A stretch of DNA of 64,000 nt. Source: Synechococcus sp. Lineage in GTDB: Bacteria; Cyanobacteriota; Cyanobacteriia; Thermostichales; PCC-7336. Both the position numbers and the translations under genes were made by a program. The notes under the pieces are model-generated. The model had not been told where the DNA came from and searched no databases. It saw only the letters and a program-made list of their open reading frames with translations. Location: NCBI GenBank assembly GCA_051439605.1, contig JBFRWN010000027.1:1-64000 (forward strand), given 5' to 3'. Below are positions 59,083 to 64,000 of the stretch, one piece after another (position 1 is the stretch's first letter; each line of letters begins with the position of its first letter).

Positions 59083-59478
59083 TTAGCTCCAGCCACCCGA
59101 CTGCAGCACGTCCCACATAACCCAGGTTCCGATGCCGACAAATCCCAGTCCAGCACTCAGCTTAATCGTGCGAGGAGAGACGCGATCGGCCACCCAGCGC
59201 CCCGCCCATACGCCGATCAGACTGGTGAGCACTAGTGCGGTGGCGGCCCCCAGAAAGGTAATCGCAGGATGGTGGGACTGGGCACTGAGTAAAACGGTGG
59301 CTAGCTGAGTTTTATCCCCCATCTCCGCCAGAAAGATTGAACCAAATGCGACTAGACCCACTTTGGTTTCGTTCGAGACACCTGCTTCGGAAGGGGTTTC
59401 CCGCGCGGCTGGAATGTCCTTAGACTGCATCATTTTCCTAGTTTTTATCTCTGTGTTCTTCGTTGCTTTAGACTTCAT
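59083..59478 (-). CDS. TMEM165/GDT1 (UPF0016) half-transporter 2
   Basis: Single FLAEMGDKTQLAT motif and about 3 TMs. Confidence 0.88.
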   Translation of the reverse strand: MKSKATKNTEIKTRKMMQSKDIPAARETPSEAGVSNETKVGLVAFGSIFLAEMGDKTQLATVLLSAQSHHPAITFLGAATALVLTSLIGVWAGRWVADRVSPRTIKLSAGLGFVGIGTWVMWDVLQSGGWS

Positions 59479-60133
59479 CTTCGATCTCTACGCAGTGCTT
59501 GTCCTCTGTCCCGGTGAACTCTGCCCACAGAACGTAGAGACCCAACAGAATAAAGCTCACTCCAGCGATCGCCTGCAGCAACTGGGGGGGGATCAGTGTG
59601 GATAGCCAGCCCCCCAACGTGACGCTGACCAAACTGGCGGCAACGAGGGCAGATGCTGAGCCGAAAAAGATGCCCCAGGGGGATTTGCCTTGGGCGCTCA
59701 TCAGCATGGTGGCCAGTTGGGTTTTATCCCCCATTTCCGCCACAAAGACGGTGGTAAAGGCGATCGCCAGCCACTGCCAAATGGAAACGTCATCCACCAA
59801 GTTGGCCTCAATCGGAGCAGCAGAATTGGCTGGTTGAAATTGGGCGATCGTTGTTTGAAAATTCTCGGGAATAGCGATCGCCAGTTGTTGAAGTAGCGGG
59901 CTCCAGCTGTTGAATCCCAGCAGTGCTAATGCACCTAGGAAACTGGCGAGAAGTCCCAGGAAAAGGGTGCGGTTGAAGTTAGATGGGGTCACGTTATAGG
60001 GGGTGGTTCGTGCGGGGGGATGCGAGCGGGGGCGATGCGATTGGGGCTTTATAATGGGCGAGCTAGTTTGTCTGGCCCGATTCGTGCAGTGTTTGCAACT
60101 CTTGGTGGAAGACGGGACTTTGTCCGATGTCAA
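59468..60133 (-). CDS. TMEM165/GDT1 (UPF0016) half-transporter 1; start uncertain
   Basis: Single FVAEMGDKTQLAT motif; 11-bp overlap with the downstream half. Confidence 0.85.
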   Translation of the reverse strand: MTSDKVPSSTKSCKHCTNRARQTSSPIIKPQSHRPRSHPPARTTPYNVTPSNFNRTLFLGLLASFLGALALLGFNSWSPLLQQLAIAIPENFQTTIAQFQPANSAAPIEANLVDDVSIWQWLAIAFTTVFVAEMGDKTQLATMLMSAQGKSPWGIFFGSASALVAASLVSVTLGGWLSTLIPPQLLQAIAGVSFILLGLYVLWAEFTGTEDKHCVEIEDEV

Positions 60134-60198
60134 GACTCGTGGGTTACAAGCATTGCTTACAAAATATTAACTGGATTCCCGCCCCACCTTTTGCAGCC

Positions 60199-60633
60199 AT
60201 GACCGTTTCACCCCCCTCCATCCCCGATTTTCCTGCCGGTAGCTCCGCAGATAGCGAACTGAAATACGGGGAAAAGGCGATCGCCGAAAATCAATTTGTG
60301 ACGTTCCCGAACCCCCGCGAGGGGCGGGACTACAAGGTGCAGATCGTGCTGCCAGAGTTCACCTGCAAGTGCCCGTTTTCCGGTTACCCCGATTTTGCGA
60401 CGTTTACCCTCACCTATACGCCGGGGCCTTTGGTGGTGGAGCTGAAGTCTCTCAAGCTGTATATCAACAGCTATCGGGACGTGTACATCCCCCATGAAGA
60501 GGTCACGAACAAGATTTTGGACGATATTGTGGAGGCGATTCAGCCCGTTTGGGCGCACCTGAAGGGGGATTTTAACCCCCGCGGGAACGTTCATACTTGC
60601 GTGGAAGTAACCTACCTACAGCCTGAAGATTGA
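60199..60633 (+). CDS. queF: NADPH-dependent 7-cyano-7-deazaguanine reductase (preQ1 synthase)
   Basis: PEFTCKCPFSGYPDF, VELKSLKLYINSYR, HEE..N.I..D, FNPRG. Confidence 0.95.
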   Translation: MTVSPPSIPDFPAGSSADSELKYGEKAIAENQFVTFPNPREGRDYKVQIVLPEFTCKCPFSGYPDFATFTLTYTPGPLVVELKSLKLYINSYRDVYIPHEEVTNKILDDIVEAIQPVWAHLKGDFNPRGNVHTCVEVTYLQPED

Positions 60634-60659
60634 TTGTGGATAGCTAGCGGTTCAGTTAG

Positions 60660-60930
60660 CTGCTGAAAAGGAGTGAGTTCGTTCGATTTGATGAACCTGA
60701 AGGCGAGAAAGTCTGCACTGACCAGCAAAATTGCAACTTTTGCCTTGTTTGAGGCCTTCTCTATTGAATTCCCCCACTTATCCCCGGCTCGTATCTTTAG
60801 TATCGGCCCACCATTCCAAGCCCTCCTCCGTTATTAGCGGTTCGAGATGCACCTACAATCGCTCTAACGCAGAGGCATCCTTGTGGCTGTAGCTGATAAA
60901 AACTTTGGTGCGCTTGGGTTTGTCCGCCAT
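60660..60930 (-). pseudogene. TIR-domain (TIR_2) pseudogene
   Basis: MADKPKRTKVFISYSHKDASALERL*(60855-60853)VHLEPLITEEGLEWWADTK [1-nt frameshift near 60795] IRAGDKWGNSIEKASNKAKVAILLVSADFLAFRFIKSNELTP. Confidence 0.85.
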
Positions 60931-61104
60931 CCGTACCGCTGCAACGCAATCGTGACTCGATTGTCAGAGTAGGCTCAAATCTTGAACCCAACAACGTTAG
61001 CCCGATAACCACCTTCCGCTAAAATCCTCCCAATCCGAACTATATAGATTTGTTAGACTGACGAATACCCAGTCAGCTATTACTTACGACATAGGACGCC
61101 GTTT

Positions 61105-62574
61105 ATGTCCCCAACATTGCTGCTCACCAAAGAACTCCCCCAACTGAAGTACACCTTCACCACCGAACGGTTTGACGAAACCTGGCGGGCACCCCTATCC
61201 ACCCTCCTCGGACTGGGGCGAGCAGCCGGAGCTGACTTTGTCGAGTTCTTCCTAGAGCGCGGTAACTACATCAGCTGTCTGGCGGAAGACGATCGCATCA
61301 CCAGCATTTCCCCCAGCCTCTCCACCGGCGCAGGTGTCCGCGTATTTGTAGGAGAAGCCGACTGCTATGTCAGCACCAATAACCTGTCTTTCAGCGGGCT
61401 AAAATCTGCGTTGGAAAAAGCCCTATCCATCATGGGACTCACGATTCCTGGCCCCAGCGCCTTCGTCCCGGAAATCAACTTAGATCTATTCCGCGACTAT
61501 GCCTCTTTTAAAGGGAAAGAAGCTTGGCTGCCCGCCTGCAGCTCTATGCAGGAAATGGGAGACATCCTCCTTACCGGTACTGGAGAACTGAAACAGCAAG
61601 CCACCCATATCCAGTCTCGGAGAGCCAGCTATTTCCGCGATTGGCAGGAAGTTCTAGTGGCCGCCAGCGACGGCACCTTCGCCCGCGACATTCGCCTTAC
61701 CCAGTCGGTGGGCTACAACCTGCTCTGTGCAGATGGTAGCAACCGTTCTTCCATCGGTCGGCGGGACGGCAACACCAGCGATCCCAGTTTCCTGCGCAGC
61801 TGGGACTACACCACCGCTGCCCACGACGTCTCCGAGTCCGCTGGCAAAATGCTGTACGCCGACTACGTGGAGTCCGGTAGCTATCCGATCGTGATGGCCA
61901 ACCAATTTGGCGGCGTCATCTTCCACGAAGCCTGCGGCCACCTGCTAGAGACCACCCAAATCGAGCGCAAGACTACCCCGTTTGCGGACAAAAAAGGCGA
62001 GAAAATTGCCCACGAAAGTCTGACAGCCTGGGATGAAGGGGTATCCCCCGAGGCCTTCGGTACCATCGATATGGATGACGAGGGTATGCCGGTACAGCGC
62101 ACGCTGCTGATCGAGAACGGCATTTTGAAGAACTTCCTCAGCGATCGGGCTGGCTGCATGCGCACCGGGCACCCCCGCACCGGCAGCGGTCGCCGCCAGG
62201 GCTACACCCACGCCGCCGCCAGCCGCATGCGCAACACCTACATCGGTGCCGGCGCACACTCGGTTGAGGACCTATTTGCCTCCATCGACAAGGGCATCTA
62301 CTGCAAGAAGATGGGGGGCGGTAGCGTCGGAGCCACCGGCGAGTTCAACTTTGGCGTCGACGAAGCCTACCTGATCGAAGATGGCAAGCTGACCAAACCC
62401 CTAAAGGGCGCAACCCTGATCGGCGATGCTTCTGACATCATGAACAAGATTTCCATGTGCGCCGACGATGTGGGCTTAGCGGCCGGCTTCTGCGGTTCCG
62501 TCAGCGGCAGCGTCTACGTCACCGTCGGCCAGCCCCACATCAAGGTAGATGGCATCACCGTCGGCGGTCGTTAA
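61105..62574 (+). CDS. tldD: TldD metalloprotease (TldD/PmbA family)
   Basis: [10 protein letters not shown] (HExxGH), [30 protein letters not shown]. Confidence 0.93.
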   Translation: MSPTLLLTKELPQLKYTFTTERFDETWRAPLSTLLGLGRAAGADFVEFFLERGNYISCLAEDDRITSISPSLSTGAGVRVFVGEADCYVSTNNLSFSGLKSALEKALSIMGLTIPGPSAFVPEINLDLFRDYASFKGKEAWLPACSSMQEMGDILLTGTGELKQQATHIQSRRASYFRDWQEVLVAASDGTFARDIRLTQSVGYNLLCADGSNRSSIGRRDGNTSDPSFLRSWDYTTAAHDVSESAGKMLYADYVESGSYPIVMANQFGGVIFHEACGHLLETTQIERKTTPFADKKGEKIAHESLTAWDEGVSPEAFGTIDMDDEGMPVQRTLLIENGILKNFLSDRAGCMRTGHPRTGSGRRQGYTHAAASRMRNTYIGAGAHSVEDLFASIDKGIYCKKMGGGSVGATGEFNFGVDEAYLIEDGKLTKPLKGATLIGDASDIMNKISMCADDVGLAAGFCGSVSGSVYVTVGQPHIKVDGITVGGR

Positions 62575-62656
62575 ACTGCTTTTGTTACGACCGATCTCAA
62601 TATCGAACCAGTCCCTGTTGCTAGCTGCGAGACTTCCGAGTCCTACGCTCCCCAGC

Positions 62657-62684
62657 GGCAGGGGCTTACTTGTATGCCCCTGCC
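62657..62684. other. GC-rich stem-loop in the tldD-argS spacer (REP-like or terminator-like)
   Basis: GGCAGGGGC-10 nt-GCCCCTGCC perfect 9-bp stem, no U-tract. Confidence 0.45.
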
Positions 62685-62781
62685 AAGAGGTTGGATGACT
62701 TCGAATGTGGAATGACAGTGGGGGGTAGCAATCAACATCGGTCTACTAGTAGAGTGACAATCGCGCCTGACAAGATCCACC

Positions 62782-64000
62782 ATGACCACCTCCACACCGA
62801 TCCCCGAACTGCTGACCGCCGAGCTCAAAAACGCGATCGCCCGAGCCAGCGCCGCCGGTAACCTCGGAGCCCTCTCCAACCCCGAACAGCTCGAAAGTCT
62901 CAAGATAGCTGTCGAAATCCCCAACGACACCACCTACGGCGACTACGCTACCCCCAGCGCGCTGGGGATGGCCAAACAGTGTCGCATGTCCCCCCGCGCG
63001 ATCGCCGAAGCTATTGCTGCCGAAATTCAGCTGGAGGATGTGGAGATCTCCATCGCCGGACCAGGATTCATTAACTTCCGACTGGGGCCAGCCTACCTGC
63101 AGCAGCAACTGCAGCTCATCCTAGACATGAAGGATGACTTTGGTAAGACGGGAACGGCAACCCCCGAAAAAATCCTGCTGGAATTTGTGTCCGCTAATCC
63201 CACTGGCCCCCTTCACGTGGGCCACGGTCGCTGGGCCGCCATCGGTTCCACCCTGAGCAACCTGCTCACCTGGACGGGTCACCAAGTCGATCGCGAATAC
63301 TACATTAATGACGCCGGCAACCAGATGCAGAATTTGGGGCGATCGCTGCAGGTGCGGGTCAAGCAACAGCAAGGGGAAGACATCGAGCTGCCGGACGACA
63401 GCTATCGCGGCACTTACTTGGTGGACATGGCCAAGAAACTCGTAGCCGCAGGTTCTGACTTAGAGACCGTTGAGGATTACACCGAATATGCCTATAAAGA
63501 GCTATTGGGTTGGCAGAAAGACACTCTACATGAATTGAGTACTGACTTCGAGCAATGGTTTAGCGAGCGGCGGCTGCACAAGCTTGATGCAGAGGAGAAA
63601 AGCGAGATCGATCGCACCCTAAAGGAATTACAAGACCGCGATTTGCTCTATACAGCCACTGCTGCCCGCCAGGACGAGATTGTCAAAGAAGGAGCGGAAG
63701 AGGCCACCTATTTTAAGACCGGGGATTTCGGCGATGATAAAGACCGCGTCGTGGAAAAGGGGGATGGCAAACGCACGTATCTGGCGGCGGACATCGCCTA
63801 CCACCGCGACAAGTTGGAGCGAGGCTACGATCGCCTGATTAATATTCTCGGGTCCGACCACCACGGTTACATTCCCCGTCTAAAGGCCAGCGTGGCGGCA
63901 TTTGGGTTCGAGCCCGACCGGCTAGAGGTGCTGCTGGGACAGTTTGTGAAGCTGTTCCACACCAACGAAGCAACTGGCGAGCGGGAAGAAGTCAAAATGT
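62782..64000 (+). CDS. argS: Arginine--tRNA ligase, 5' part (runs off the window)
   Basis: Manual translation: [11 protein letters not shown]..., [61 protein letters not shown]. Confidence 0.95.
   Translation, partial: MTTSTPIPELLTAELKNAIARASAAGNLGALSNPEQLESLKIAVEIPNDTTYGDYATPSALGMAKQCRMSPRAIAEAIAAEIQLEDVEISIAGPGFINFRLGPAYLQQQLQLILDMKDDFGKTGTATPEKILLEFVSANPTGPLHVGHGRWAAIGSTLSNLLTWTGHQVDREYYINDAGNQMQNLGRSLQVRVKQQQGEDIELPDDSYRGTYLVDMAKKLVAAGSDLETVEDYTEYAYKELLGWQKDTLHELSTDFEQWFSERRLHKLDAEEKSEIDRTLKELQDRDLLYTATAARQDEIVKEGAEEATYFKTGDFGDDKDRVVEKGDGKRTYLAADIAYHRDKLERGYDRLINILGSDHHGYIPRLKASVAAFGFEPDRLEVLLGQFVKLFHTNEATGEREEVKM

Noticed and set aside
60134..60198. preQ1 riboswitch ahead of queF
   Set aside because: No recognisable aptamer stem and A-rich tail
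62575..62781. T-box leader ahead of argS
   Set aside because: No TGGNACCGCG T-box consensus or U-tailed terminator; only an isolated hairpin
1..64000. CRISPR array, rRNA or tRNA genes
   Set aside because: No regularly spaced repeat-spacer series, rRNA-like stretch or cloverleaf was recognised; the short tandem repeats found have no unique spacers

Overview
Cyanobacterial chromosomal DNA, judged from abundant HIP1 octamers (GCGATCGC) and marker genes psb29, ycf65/PSRP-3, bvdR and hpt. About 60 CDS, mostly housekeeping: cobT-like, folC, gabD, rbsK, trpC, khpA-rpsP, mgtE, htrA-type protease, rbgA, secG, queF, tldD, and argS running off the right edge. The left edge cuts an IS1-family element. 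An accessory signalling region (~24.3-39.6 kb) holds a CHASE2 hybrid kinase, a decayed solute-binding lipoprotein gene, a class III nucleotide cyclase with three repeated helical domains, a c-heme (DUF3365/Tll0287-like)-HAMP membrane sensor with no output domain, an orphan PhnD-like lipoprotein, a receiver-domain remnant and a Cph1/Rcp1-type two-component cluster. The best candidate for an undescribed system is the cyclase / heme-HAMP sensor / orphan binding-protein trio (29.1-32.9 kb). Next are a DEDDh exonuclease + DUF2779 dual-nuclease pair with a structured upstream leader (41.2-43.8 kb) and an MscS gene coupled to a degenerate P-loop/wHTH protein (20-22 kb). By hand I also found a TIR-domain pseudogene, four copies of a ~94-bp TATAGC...GCTATA MITE-like element, several short tandem duplications and small ORFs below the ORF-track cutoff. 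No rRNA, tRNA or CRISPR array was seen. All family assignments come from motif recognition by eye, not database searches.
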